Shown here in pieces: positions 1 through 12,465 of a stretch of DNA of 64,000 nt. This DNA is from Antedon mediterranea. Taxonomy: Eukaryota > Animalia > Echinodermata. Under the pieces are notes generated by a model, which was given only the letters and a program-made list of their open reading frames with translations, searched no databases and was not told where the DNA came from. The DNA is taken from assembly GCF_964355755.1 (NCBI RefSeq), contig NC_092675.1:15844912-15908911 (forward strand). Direction: 5' to 3'. The position numbers and the translations under genes are program-made. Every line of letters begins with the position of its first letter. The first letter of the stretch is position 1.

Positions 1-236
1 AGTGTCAGGGTCAAAGATCAAGGTCCACAAAATAACAAAATCAAAAAAAAATCAGCGGTACTTGAACCAGCGATCTGAACTGTGAGAGGCTCCAAACTCT
101 CATCTACAACTTTTTAATGTGCAGTTAGCCTATTTACACTTAGAACTAATAAAAACATATATATATTTTTTCCGGGGACATTTTATGTAGGGGAATTTAT
201 TTTACAGTAGGCGGAGGTTTGGAGTAACCTCTAGTT
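1..236 (+). mobile_element. 3' part of a Helentron-associated non-autonomous element (HINE/DINE-like), second copy of 51367-51953
   Basis: Colinear with 51665-51953 (tcagggtcaaagatcaaggtccacaaa...cttgaaccagcgatct..actgtgagaggc...); ends with subterminal repeat ggcggaggt (210-218) and ctagtt (231-236). Confidence 0.75.
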
Positions 237-409
237 TTGCATATTTTTGTCACTGGTGCCCTCATGTATTGACCCCTAGACCAGCATGGTCAGGTATGAT
301 GCAAATGCTTCAGCATCACGGGCCTTACCCTGGACAATCGTCAAGGAATCTTTCACAATGCCCAAGTGACAACAATAGAAATAGATGGTGAATGCACAGA
401 GAAGGGAGA

Positions 410-1500
410 TCCAACTGTTGGTGGGCTCACAAGAGGAAAAGGAATGTCAGAAAATCAGCGACTAGTGTGGGTTGTGTCAATGCCAGCATGTGCAAGCACT
501 AATGAAGCTATGCAGAAGTAAAGTGATGTGTCATATGAAACTAGTGACCAGCACAACAGATGTAAGAGATACATATCAGCTTATCACCTACCTGACAGAA
601 AGAAGTCCTTTTGTTGAGAATAACTCACTGTTTAATATAGCTAATGGCATGGCAGCGCAAGAAGGAGTCAATGTTGAAAGATCAAGAGAAATTGGGGAAA
701 ATATTATTTCATCGATGGTTGGAAAATCTGTAGAAGATTTCAAATTCCGAAAGGCTGACCAAGCAGTCACACTAGCATCACAGCCAACTGTAAAGGTATT
801 GGGTAAATCTGTTATGGTTGATCCCCAGCGACTTATTACTATTCGAGGTAGCTACTAAGGTGTGCCATCTCTGTTCCATTATGAACTCTGTATCCTCCTG
901 CATTGTTTGATTCATCTCCCACTGCAACCAAAGAAGGCAGTCCTAGCTGATACCATTTGTAAAGCTATGTCAGAAGAGCAACATAAACCCAGTGAAGAGC
1001 TCCAGTATGTTCTCGAGGTATGGCCTTGAGGGTCTACCTTTAAGAGTGTGAGCCAGCTATACGTTGGATATGTGACACAGAAATATGGCCGAGCTGCCAT
1101 TGTGTTTGATGGATATAGCGATGATCCAACAATTAAAGATGCAACCCACGTTCAGAAAACAGCAAATTGTAGGCGTTACAGTGCACTTCACAGTTTGTGA
1201 AAAAATCTCCAAGTGAACTTCACATGTGGAGCCCCAAACATTGCCACCAACCTCTGCAGCTGCTGTTTATCACAGCCTCCGTATGTATTTTCAAATAATG
1301 CAATGGAAAAGACCAAACAGAAATATGAAGCAAGAGAAATGGGGTTGGCTTATTGTAGATGGTAAATATCTACCTAAGCAGACTGATAAATCCCCAGCAC
1401 CATCTGAACTGATGAATGTCGACACGGTCTCTTCTGTAGTGATGTGTATACAGACTGCAGAGGAATGAGCTGCAGGAATTCCGAGCCACCAGACTTACGT
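410..1500 (+). pseudogene. Frameshifted relic of a large DNA-transposon ORF (invertebrate CXC-domain-associated transposase-like family)
   Basis: Motifs spread over several frames: GGLTRGKGMSENQRLVWVVSMPAC (~420-495), AAIVFDGYSDDPTIKD (~1093-1140), LPPTSAAAVYHSLRMYFQIMQW...WGW...PKQTDKSPAPSEL (1241-1410). Multiple stops and frameshifts; family recognised from memory only. Confidence 0.7.
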
Positions 1501-2060
1501 GAAAATTGATTGACGCTATTAGTGCGCAAAATGTTTAAAGAGCAAATGGCTTACAATAAGAAACAAATAAATACCAACGTGACTTTATTGAACAATGATT
1601 ATTTTGATAACTCTATGCATAACTTTAAACGAGATACAAACTTGGGAAAAGACTTTTATTCAGCTTTTTACACAGATTCCTATTTCACCAAATATCCATT
1701 CATAAACATTCTGAACATGCTTGGATCACCTCTACCAAGAAGTCATACAATTCTTTCTAATTAAAAAGGTATGAAAAAATGTAGTCTATATTCATAAAAC
1801 CAGCAGATAGGATTTATGTACGTATTTGGCAGCTATTTAAACATATGCAAATTAATATGCAAATTAACCAGTCCTACATCATTGTACCCTTTTACAAGTG
1901 AAAGCCCATATGGGCCAATGCCCACTCTGCAAATTTAAAACATTCAAGTAGGTCGTCTACAAGTCAAAATATGTCAAAATGCAAAGAAATGCATTGCGGT
2001 GAAAAAAATGCTGTTGCAATTTAGTTCCAAGTTAAAAGTCAAAATGACTGGACTAATAGC

Positions 2061-4954
2061 GGGTGTGTCGAAAGCGAAGACCTCGAAAGCGAAGATCGAA
2101 GACCGAAGACCTCGAAAGCGAAGACCCTACGAAATGGTAGTGTACACAAAATCCGACCAAAATCACACAAAATCGATGATAACACCTTGAATTTACAGAT
2201 TCTAAAAAAATATTTCGATTTTAATCGTTAAAAACATGACTTTATCTATGAACAAGCTTACGTGTTTTCGCCAATGGAGTTAATATGTGATATGGTTTTA
2301 CGAACAAACACATCGCGCTATTTGCAAGGCGACGGACGCACAAGAAGGACATCGTACAGAGCATTGAATTGAATGCAATGCTTACAATTTAAAACCATAG
2401 CCAACTCAGGGAAAAGTTTCGCATAGCAAAAAGCTATACAAAACAACCTTCTTGCTACAGATTTTTAAATTTGTGTAGCAAAAAATACAATACAAAACTA
2501 TGTTTCTCGACTCAAACTGTATGGAAAAGTATAGAAATAAACTACAGTAAGTAAATTGTAGCCCTATTTAGGCTAATTTTAGAGCCTATATAAAAAGTGT
2601 CCGTATCATAGATTTTACACTTGTTTTTAAAAATGTTAGGCTTACGCGTGAATATCCTTTTTTTTGCATTTAAATATGTTGATATATATTATCTATTATA
2701 TTTGCATATTGTCTAAATGTATGAATAAATACAATAAAATATTTATTTTCCTTTAGTTATTCTGTGTAGTTTTTAAATTTTTACATTTTCCCCATTGTAG
2801 CCTATACAGCATCTTTTCTTACGATCGAGAATCGTTATGATGAACGTAAAGCAGAAACGGTGTTGAACACGTCATGACACGCAAGTTTGTTCTTAATGCG
2901 CACTTTGCGTCGATCTGGAAACTAATTCCAGCTCTTTATAATATTTCCCGGGCCAAATTATGACAAAAAGCTAAAAAGAACGAACAATAGGAATCAGCGT
3001 TCTGCAAATTTTGGTTATAAATCGATCTTTTCCTGTTTCACGGCTTCCATAATTAGTAATAACATTTAATGTCAACGTTCACAAAGACAAATAAAGCCAT
3101 TCAAAAAAAAGATTGAAATAAAAAATATTCGCTCCAAAATTACAAGTTGCCGATTTTGTTACGGTTGAAATGTGATTAGTGACGATATTAAAACGGGTGT
3201 TAAAAAAAAGAAAAGACATGTTTAATGAAGTTCCAGTTCCGCCAACCACAATTGTCGTCATCATCAAAGTAAGAAGACGAATCAATTCTTTATTTATACC
3301 AAAATTGTTTTTTTTGTTTGTTATTTTAGTTTAACCCATGTTATGTAAATTTTTATATTGTTATTTCTTTATTTTTTAAATTTATTTATTTATTTATTTT
3401 CTTTTTTCGTGTTGTTTTTATCTAATCTTTGTTTAGGCATGTCTGTCACAAGCTTTTTGCTTTTTTGGTCATGCCTTCTTCAATCATATTACCTTTCTTT
3501 ACACCATTTTGTTGACTGTTTTATTTTGAAGAAAATAAATGTTACTTTGAATGAATGAATGAAAATAAAAAGAAACTGACTTTTGTTTTCAAGCATTGCC
3601 CGTGGTGAATACAAAAAGAGATACTCTCTATAAAAATCTAAGTGATGGTGAATTGTTATCGGGCTTTACTAACCCCCAACCTTCTATCTCAGATGGCTTG
3701 TGGATGAGACGAAACAGTCTCCCAATTTTCAACAGATTGTCGACGTCCCGCTTCTAAATGTTTGCATATCCCTGCCATGAGTCTCCATTAACAAAAGAAA
3801 ATACTGTATAAATTTAACAAAATTGAAGAAACAGGTCACCGGTTGTGTAATGACCATTTAAATATAGAATTGACATTACACAAACAAATCTAACAGAATT
3901 ATATACTATTACTATAACTGGTTAACAAACGAGCACAATTTTCAGAATGTGATGCCTATTGTTCGTTTTACATAGGCCTATTAGCCTTTTGTCAAATCAT
4001 AATTTCAATAAAGTATTATTTTTGATTTATAAAATAAAGTTCCGTTAGTTCACGGTAAGCTATTGGGACGAACTGATGATCGGCCCGGGAAATATTTTAA
4101 GAGCTGAAATTGGTTTTCAGATCGACGCAACGTATCGACGCAAAGTGCGCCGTAATGAAATAACCTTGCGTGCCATCACAAGTGGGGACAGACGTGTTCA
4201 ACACCGTTTCTGCTTTACGTTCATCACAATGATGCTCTTGATCGCGAGGGGATGCAAAATAGATAGATGAGTATTTTCTTATGTTGCGCGTCGTTCACCA
4301 ACCACACTGAATATTCTGATACTGATACATTATTTGTCTATTTATGAATACATTAGAAAACATTGTTTAAACTGGCGATTAAGTAAAACAGCAATAGTAT
4401 ACAATGGGGAAAATGTAAAAGTTTAAATACAATACAGGAAAATGAATATCTTATTGTATTTATTCACAAATTTAGATAATAAACAATAGGCAAATATTAT
4501 AGAAAAAACACATTTATATAGGCTCTAAAATAAGCCTAAAAAAGCCTACCGCCATCCTTTACTTATTACAATTTACTTTTATGTAGTTTATTTCTATACT
4601 TATAAACAATTGGCTATGGGTTTAAATTGTAAGCATTGCATTCAATTCTCTGTGCGATGTCCTTATTGTGCGTCCGTCGCCTTGCAAATAGCGCGATGTG
4701 TTTGTTCGTAAAACCATATCACATTAACTCCATTGGCGAAAACGCGTGAGCTTGTTCATAGATAAAGTCATGATTGTTGATAACATAACAATTAAAACCG
4801 AAATCTTTTTTTAGAATCTGTAAATTCAAGGTGTTATCACGATTGTGTATGATTTTGGTTGGATTTTGTGCACACTACCATTTCGCAGGGTCTTCGCTTT
4901 CGAGGTCTTCGGTCTTCGATCTTCGCTTTCGAGGTCTTCGCTTTCGACACACCC
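2061..4954. mobile_element. Foldback / long-TIR non-autonomous DNA transposon (MULE/Foldback-like)
   Basis: Starts gggtgtgtcgaaagcgaagacctcgaaagcgaagatcg and ends with the exact reverse complement ...ctttcgacacaccc. Inverted similarity can be followed inward to about 3075 and 3820 (arms of ~1 kb). No internal transposase ORF and no clean TSD. Confidence 0.85.
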
Positions 4955-5054
4955 GGACTAGCCTAGCTAGTAGGCCTAGGCCTACTAGTAGTAGGACTCA
5001 ATAATAATATTTAATAATTTATTTTTTACTTACAATTTTCTCTTTACAATTTAC

Positions 5055-5429
5055 TTTGGGCAATTGTGGACCAAACGATAATTCAACCTCTTTTGATTCT
5101 TCTGCTTTTTGCTGTGCAGATGCAGCTGTAACTTGGGCACTATCGTCTTCTGTAAGCTCTAGGCCGGGGTCGACAGCAAGGAAAGGATTCAACCCAGACG
5201 TTTCAGTCCGCCCGTGAGCCCCCGTACTACCTGATTTTGATGGGCCTAGGCTTTTGTAAGGAGAATCACGGATTGCAGTACTATATTCGACATTTTCATT
5301 AGTTGGATCGTCTTCGTCCTTGCTTCTTTCGTTTATGTTTGATTTAACAGACAAGTCAGAGCTTCTTTGTAAGTTTTCCTCCTCTTTAACCAACGCCAAA
5401 AAAGGGTTTGTACCCGACTTTTCGGACAT
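5055..5429 (-). CDS. First coding exon (125 aa) of an unidentified gene continuing left out of the window; acidic, low-complexity N-terminus with two NPF motifs
   Basis: ATG-started, more GC-rich ORF MSEKSGTNPFLA...GLNPFLAV...GPQLPK followed by donor AAA|gtaaat at 5054 (phase 0); CpG-containing upstream region. Confidence 0.65.
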
Positions 5430-5439
5430 GATGTGTGTG

Positions 5440-5800
5440 TGAACAAGAAGTTGTTATTGAAACAGCGCCACCAATAAAGTTTTTAAGCACAAGCGATCAA
5501 TGAGTCTTCTCAAGAAGAGCGCATTGAAAGTACAGTATCAGTAAGATTGAATAAGCCGGCTATATAATATCATTGGTACTAATAAATACTTCCTCTTTTT
5601 TTAAATTGATTTTTTTTTTCTTTTTCGCGCCGCTCCTTTAGGCAGTTATATTAAAGAGAACGAAAGCATTAGTAAACGGTTACCATGCGGTAGCTTATAG
5701 TTTACTACGGCTGAAAAAAAATTGGTATTTGGAAACTCAGACTGGGCATGCGCACACCCCAAAGCACATCTGGGAAAAGAGAGTCTAGGAAAACATTTGC
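5440..5800 (-). promoter_or_regulatory. Probable promoter / 5' UTR of the 5055-5429 gene
   Basis: CpG-enriched relative to flanks; NRF1-like gggcatgcgca (~5744-5754) and ZNF143/SBS-like ttcccagatgtgc on the minus strand (~5764-5776). Motif matches are by eye only. Confidence 0.35.
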
Positions 5801-8565
5801 TGATAAATATTGAGATGCATGTAGACGGTAGTTATTGTCAGATGATCGACGTCTTTTGTAAGAAATATTTCTTGTTATCGTAGGATCATCAAAGCATTTC
5901 TTATTGCCTTATATATAAATATATAATAAAATAGCTATTAATAAATGGTCTTATGTTGAAAATGAAAAGTATTGAAGTGAATTAGTACACAAATAAAAAA
6001 GACACAGACTTCATGCAATTTAATATATCATCCATTATTCATATATAAGGGTAAAGTTCAACAAACAAAATCATTCAAATCGAAATAGATTTAATTACAT
6101 TATTTGTATACACTACTTTCAAGATCAAACTATTGGCATATATACAGGAAGACATTTTAAAAATAATTTCAATAAATAACTTTAAAACAGTAGATGATCA
6201 TTTTGTTGTTCCCACAATTAAACATTCCATTTTTACTTAGATATTTAATGCATATTCCTCTAGTAATGCATTTGTTTTTCTTTTATGTAATGTACACTAG
6301 ATGTGTATTAACAAATATTTTCGAATCATAAGTATATAAGTACTGTTAGACAGGCTCTAATGAACTTGTTTTATGTTCTAAAACAGTATAGAATAATATA
6401 TAGATGCAATTTTTATTTTATACACTTTTAACCATGTATATTTGGCACACTAATGTACAAAACTGTACAACAGCCATGATATAAATTAGTGCTATTTATA
6501 GAATAGACATGCACATCACTCTATATGAAAAGATTATATAACACCAGACAGATGTTAACAGCTTCTGTCTACATAATTTTCTATGGTGACATTTCTATGA
6601 ACCAAAACTGCACAGCATTCAAGTACAGATAGACTCGTCCCTCCCCAATCATAAAGATTTTGAATTTAAAGGCCTATTATTATACTAGGACGATCGACGA
6701 TAATTATAGATACATATGTATTTTTTTGCAGATAAAACAAAATAAACTATAGTAGGAGTTTTAATCCTATAAAATAACCATTAATGCTGCCTCTGATGAA
6801 AATAATATTTTCACATGTTTCACATGTCCAATCAATTAATTGAGTGATTTATCATGACGTCATTTGATTGGATTTTTAAAAAATACTATATTTATCAAAG
6901 ATAACATAACTGGTTATCCTATAGTTGTAGAATGTAAACTTCTCTAATTGCTCTTTATGTAAGATTAAGAAGAGTGTATGCTTATCTATTTATCATTGAT
7001 CATGTATGTACCAGCCTTAAAACGGTTCAGTAGTTTGAAAACAATATATTTGTTCTACATCTTTTGAACAGTAAATAATAATTACTAAGAATGTGAAACC
7101 CTGATGTCATACATAGATTTTTGCATTGAATTTGGCACTGCATATAATATGAAGCATACTATTTATTACATGTAAAAATAACACTTTTCTATTAACTTAA
7201 CAGTAACAAAAAATATACACATTTTATCTAAATATACTAGAAAAATGAAAATCAGAACTTTAATAACATTTTAATTTTAAAATTCAAATTAATAATTGTT
7301 AACCCCAAAAACCTATTTAACCGAAAGATAATTTGACTATTTTTAATTTTACATAAAAGTTGTTTCAGGTTTATATATATTTTTTCACATCCAATGTTTG
7401 GTCAAAGTGAAAAACAATTATGTGACAAATGGAATATCAACAAAAACATCAGGGGGAAAATACATTAATAAAAAAAAAACACTTCTGGCAATGAGACAAA
7501 GAAAAATATAACATTGGTTTATATTTAATTTAAATCATTAGTATTTAGCATTTGTATTACCTCGCATTGAAAAATAAAATATAGGTATGATCACCCAGGG
7601 GTAAAGTAGGATTGAACAATAAATCTAGTGGTTTTAACAAAAGCATTTTATTGTATGGCGAAATTAGTTAATAATAATAATAATAGTAATAATAATAATA
7701 ATAATAGCTGATTCAAGGTCTAATACATTCAGTACCTGTATATTTAGCAAAGTTAAACGTGGAAAAACATGTGTCATGACCAGATCGGATGATTTCAGAT
7801 AAGTAATACAAGGGGCCATGATGTATAGTTCCGCAGCTGATGAGGTCATTCTCGGGACTAACCATGGCATAAGCATGATACAAATTGCCAAATACATGTA
7901 TATTTTTTTGCATTTATGATAATGTTACGTGGAATTATGATTTTGAATCAATTTTAAATTTTAATTGCATCATAACAAGTTTCTGGTGTCAATCTACTCA
8001 AAATAATTCATTTATTAAAAAAAAATTAATAATAAAGGTAGATAGATATAGCATGGCCTATTTTACATTTTATCATTCATTGTATGCTATATGATGCAGC
8101 ACACATACCATATTTGAATAGTATTGTAAATGAGATACAGTACCAGCCACAGACTTTCCAAAAACTTTTTTTTTTAAAGGAAATCCAAAAGATGCCAATG
8201 ATGTTGTTTACATATTTTTTATCTTTACTCTCTTGATGTCAGTTTGTAAACATAGATATTTTATATCGCTCATCGAAATTAAATTTGAACTTTTTGATGT
8301 CAGTTTTATATTTTTTAATACAATTGAATTACAATATTCAAATATTAAAATGACATGAAAAAGTTATTTTTATGTATAAAAAACCATCAATTTCACAATA
8401 CAGATTCAACACTAAACTTTAGTGTTGTAATGTTATTGTCAAAAAATGCAGCAATTCAGCCTTTGGCTGCAAAAGTATTTTTCTTGTCAATATAATTATT
8501 TAATTCTATATATATATATTATATATATACGTTAAGTCTGGAAAATAAGTAAAAACTACAGTTTG

Positions 8566-8614
8566 GTCTCTACAGGCTTGTTTCGTGAGTCGTGCAACTC
8601 ACTCATCAGGAGAC
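8566..8614 (-). ncRNA. Minimal type I hammerhead ribozyme (inverted copy)
   Basis: Exact reverse complement of 8754-8802. Confidence 0.88.
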
Positions 8615-8753
8615 TATAATGAGAAGAATCAATTACAACGCTGCTTATAAGCACATTTACTTGTAGAATTAGCATTTACAGGTGATGCTAATTCTACAAG
8701 TAAATGTGCTTATAAGCAGCGTTGTAATTGATTCTTCTCATTATAGTGATATA

Positions 8754-8802
8754 GTCTCCTGATGAGTGAGTTGCACGACTCACGAAACAAGCCTGTAGAG
8801 AC
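8754..8802 (+). ncRNA. Minimal type I hammerhead ribozyme
   Basis: Stem I GUCUC, core CUGAUGA, stem II GUGAGU/UGCACG/ACUCAC, GAA, stem III ACA/AGCC/UGU, cleavage triplet GUA (8795-8797), stem I' GAGAC. Confidence 0.88.
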
Positions 8803-10356
8803 CAAACTGTAGTTTTTACTTCTTTTCCAGACTTAACGTATATATTTTAGCTCTACTTTACCGTATTGAGCACTTTCTAGACGGTTACATTGAACCGAAC
8901 ATTTATATATATTATATATATATATATATGTAAAATAGATTCTATAAACCAAATTTCTGTCATGTTTTGGTTGGGTTACTCTTGTTTATCAAAATCCTCT
9001 ATTTTAATTACTAAAAAAGTATCTAATATTTATGTACAATATAATATGTTTTTTCTCGTACTTGTCCCAGTACTTGTACTGTATGCCAATACTGTATACT
9101 TATGTTTAGAGTGCATATGAGTGCATTTCCTTTTGAATTGTATGAATACATTTATTTTGCAAGCATTCTTGGAAATAATTGTATATACAATACAGTATTT
9201 ATTTTCAATACCCTGGAAATGCAACCTAGTATAAAACTTGTCCAGATGCTATGGTAATTGACATTGAGGTCAAGGTAAGACTGCCAGTATAAATATGCAT
9301 TTTTTCAGGAAATGTCCTCCAATTAACCTTTTTATTACATAAGTATTATATATAGAATACAGTCCTGTAAAAATAGGGAGGTAACCCTCCCTTAACCTCC
9401 CTGGTGGTATAAATATCATCAAACATGATATTTTACTTTCTTATGATTTACTTTCTTACATATATTAATTACAGTTGTACGTCAGTCACCCATACAATAA
9501 GCATGATACAGATATGAATGAAAATTACTTCTAGTAGCCAGCTAGCCTTTTGTATTTTATTGCTTTGTTAAATGGACCAAACTTCTTCCACTATAAATAG
9601 TTCATATTATTTGCATAACCTTTGACATTGTCTAAATGTAGTCAATATAATCATACAAACTGTGAAATAAACCGAGATAATGATACAATTAGACCTAGGC
9701 TCTACTATTAAATTAAATATCGTTTTTTTCCAATGAAAAAAGTAATATACAGTTAACAGTGCATGTCTGCCCAACATTTATGAAACCAAATTTGAAGAAA
9801 ATAACATAATAATGCATCATATAAATTCCCTACAGACAGCAATGTTTATTGTTAAATATGTCTTTGTCAATAACACTAACAGGATATATGTAAATGTTTA
9901 AACCCTGGATAGCCAGTACCATGTCACTTGTGGTACGAATTAAGTATATCACTAAGGGAATATGGTTATGAACACTGTAAAATGCATGCAATTGTTTCAT
10001 TGAAAATTCTGATAAACTGGTGAGATATGAAAACAAAAGGAATGTTTTTAAATGAAAAGATAGAGATAGATAATAAAAATATAAAAGCAATATACGGTAC
10101 TGTAGTTAACTTATAAATGACCTTAAAATTGTGATAGAATGTTTGAGATGATGTTGGGTTCCTTTGCTATAAACTTGTCCATTTTTTTGCATTCTAGTTA
10201 TAATAGGATATAATAGGATATAATAGGATATAATTATCAGATAACTACATTATTATGTATGTCATGTTATGGATTATTGTAATAAATGATGAAATAAAGG
10301 AAAAATGGGGAAAATGAAATGTGGAAAAGATTTTTGTAATTTTGTATAGTCAAGTC

Positions 10357-10442
10357 AGTGTCGTAACGTTACGGCTATGCAGGCTCAATGGCTAAACCCA
10401 GGGGCCCAACGATGCTTATGAGGGCCCCTCAGAAGGGCTCAG
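10357..10442. mobile_element. Terminal fragment of a hAT-like MITE related to 26969-27107
   Basis: cagtgtcgtaac...ggctaaacccaggggccc...gggcccctc resembles the reverse complement of the right end of 26969-27107. Confidence 0.4.
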
Positions 10443-12465
10443 AGAAAAAAATGGAAAATATTAAAAATGTCACAAAAGGCTAAAAACTTTCAAGGCCTCT
10501 AGTGTTGGAGGAACACTATGTGTATTACAGACTCTTTTCTATTTCTATTTTTGCAATAAATGGAACCTAAAGAAGACTACAAAGTATTCTGCATATTGCT
10601 CAAAAACCTTGATGACACATATTCAACTACTGTACTTTAGTTTATGCTATTATTTACTTTGCCTAATGGATTGATTTACACTTTTGATAACAATGGTATA
10701 CCATGACATTGATTTTATCTGATATTGTTATGCTTGACTGTGTGTACCTTTTGTAGTCTACAAAACACATACTGTACAAGACTACAGAAGTATTATTAAC
10801 TGACAGTAGGCCTATATTTAAACCTAAAGTGTTATGGCATAACAGCTATGGGTCCATAGCAGTGTTCCAGTGTTGGCAGCCCCCTTAGAAGTGCTAAATT
10901 AGGAAGTTAAAAATGTTAGCAAGTTATTGCACAATTGATTAAATGTTAGAAAGAGTAATCACCAGGAATTCAACATTTTATAGATGGATATTTTTTTTTA
11001 TATGTGGGATTCTTTGAAATAAAAATGGAAAATTTTACTGGAAATATAAAGTCAATAATAGGAAGTTTTACTAGACAATGTAAGTTCAAAATAAGTTCAA
11101 GGCTGAAAAACATCAGATTTAAACAATAAGTCAGCTGATTTACAAAAAAACAAAACCATTTTAATTTAACCAGACCCAGAAAAAATTTACTTGCAATTTA
11201 GTTAAAAATCAAAATCTTATACCGCAGATTCATAACCCTGTACTGCTCTTTATGAATCAAATATACAATTCTATATACCTATAGTTTCACTGTATGGTAG
11301 TTAGTACACTACAGCAGTATGTAAATAAAAATCTTTTATAAAGTATGAAAGACAGCCTGAATGAAGAACATACAAAAAAAAATACAGTATTTGAAGTTTA
11401 AAAAGTAAATGAAAGTACTGTATATAAAATTGAAAGCAAATAAACAAAACAAAAAACAGAAGTCAAGTAACAGGAAATAATCCCTACAATTACAAACTTA
11501 TTTTTAGATTACAGGAGAGTATAGTCACCAAATACTTTAATTTTTTTTTGTGGTTAATGTGGTTTTTTGATGATGATGACAATACAATAACAACACATCT
11601 GCTGAACACAGATTCAATGTCAAAGACTCAAATAAATATTCTAGTCAATTAATTGGGTAGATTTTGTTCAGAAAACATGTATCAATTTCATACCATAGAC
11701 TAATACAAAGCGGCTGGCCCGTACCTCTCAAAATGTTGAAAATTATAATACAAAAGATAGGCAATTTTACTTTAGCACTTCATTCAGTACACTAAAATGT
11801 ATAAGCTCTTCTGTACACTCTGGTGTAATTGTATGATATAGAATTAAGCATATTATTTACAGTTGAATAAAGGATAATATATTCAAAATCAGTTACACAA
11901 GTACATTGATTAATATATTTTATATCCAGAATTTGCATTGCATTTATATTACATATTATATTTCAAAAGTATTCTATTAATTAATTCCTAAAAATTTATC
12001 AAATTTAATACGAATCGTTCAATTTACGGTACACTGCATTTAGTAATACAAAAAATATTTTGATAAAGTTTACCGAAAATTTCATTTTCAAATTTGATTA
12101 ATATTGTTATAGGAATTGCTCTCCATGATTTAAATATATACAAATTTTCTTACATAATTTACAATTGAGAATTTAGTATTAACATTTAATTACAATATAG
12201 CACAAATATAGAATAAACAATTTGTTTCAACAATTATTATTATGAAAATATATAAACCCTGTTTACAACTATTTTTATTTATTGTTTTATTTTTTATTTA
12301 TTCACACGACCTCTTACTGCTGATTTCAATTAAGGTCTGGATTTCACAGACCCCATTTAATGTTTTACATACCATACATAAAATTTGAGTTCTACTGAAG
12401 ATATTGTAGGAATTACAAGTGTTTAGTAGTAATTAATTAACCACAACTTCCAGATACAAAATGGT

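Larger units (their letters stand above)
8523..8905. mobile_element. Penelope-like element (PLE) pseudo-LTR remnant arranged as an inverted repeat, inserted in (TA)n
   Basis: 8523-8675 and 8685-8845 are near-perfect reverse complements (9-nt spacer, one ~9-nt indel); the right arm runs on to ~8905. (TA)n tracts flank both sides and each arm carries a hammerhead motif. Confidence 0.8.

Noticed and set aside
2050-4965. TSD for the foldback element (ggacta on both sides)
   Set aside because: The left ggacta is separated from the TIR by atagc, so it is not a clean duplication.
7837-7865. ctgatga followed by a short stem
   Set aside because: No GAAA after the stem; ctgatga at ~4073 and ~1408 likewise lack a valid stem II.
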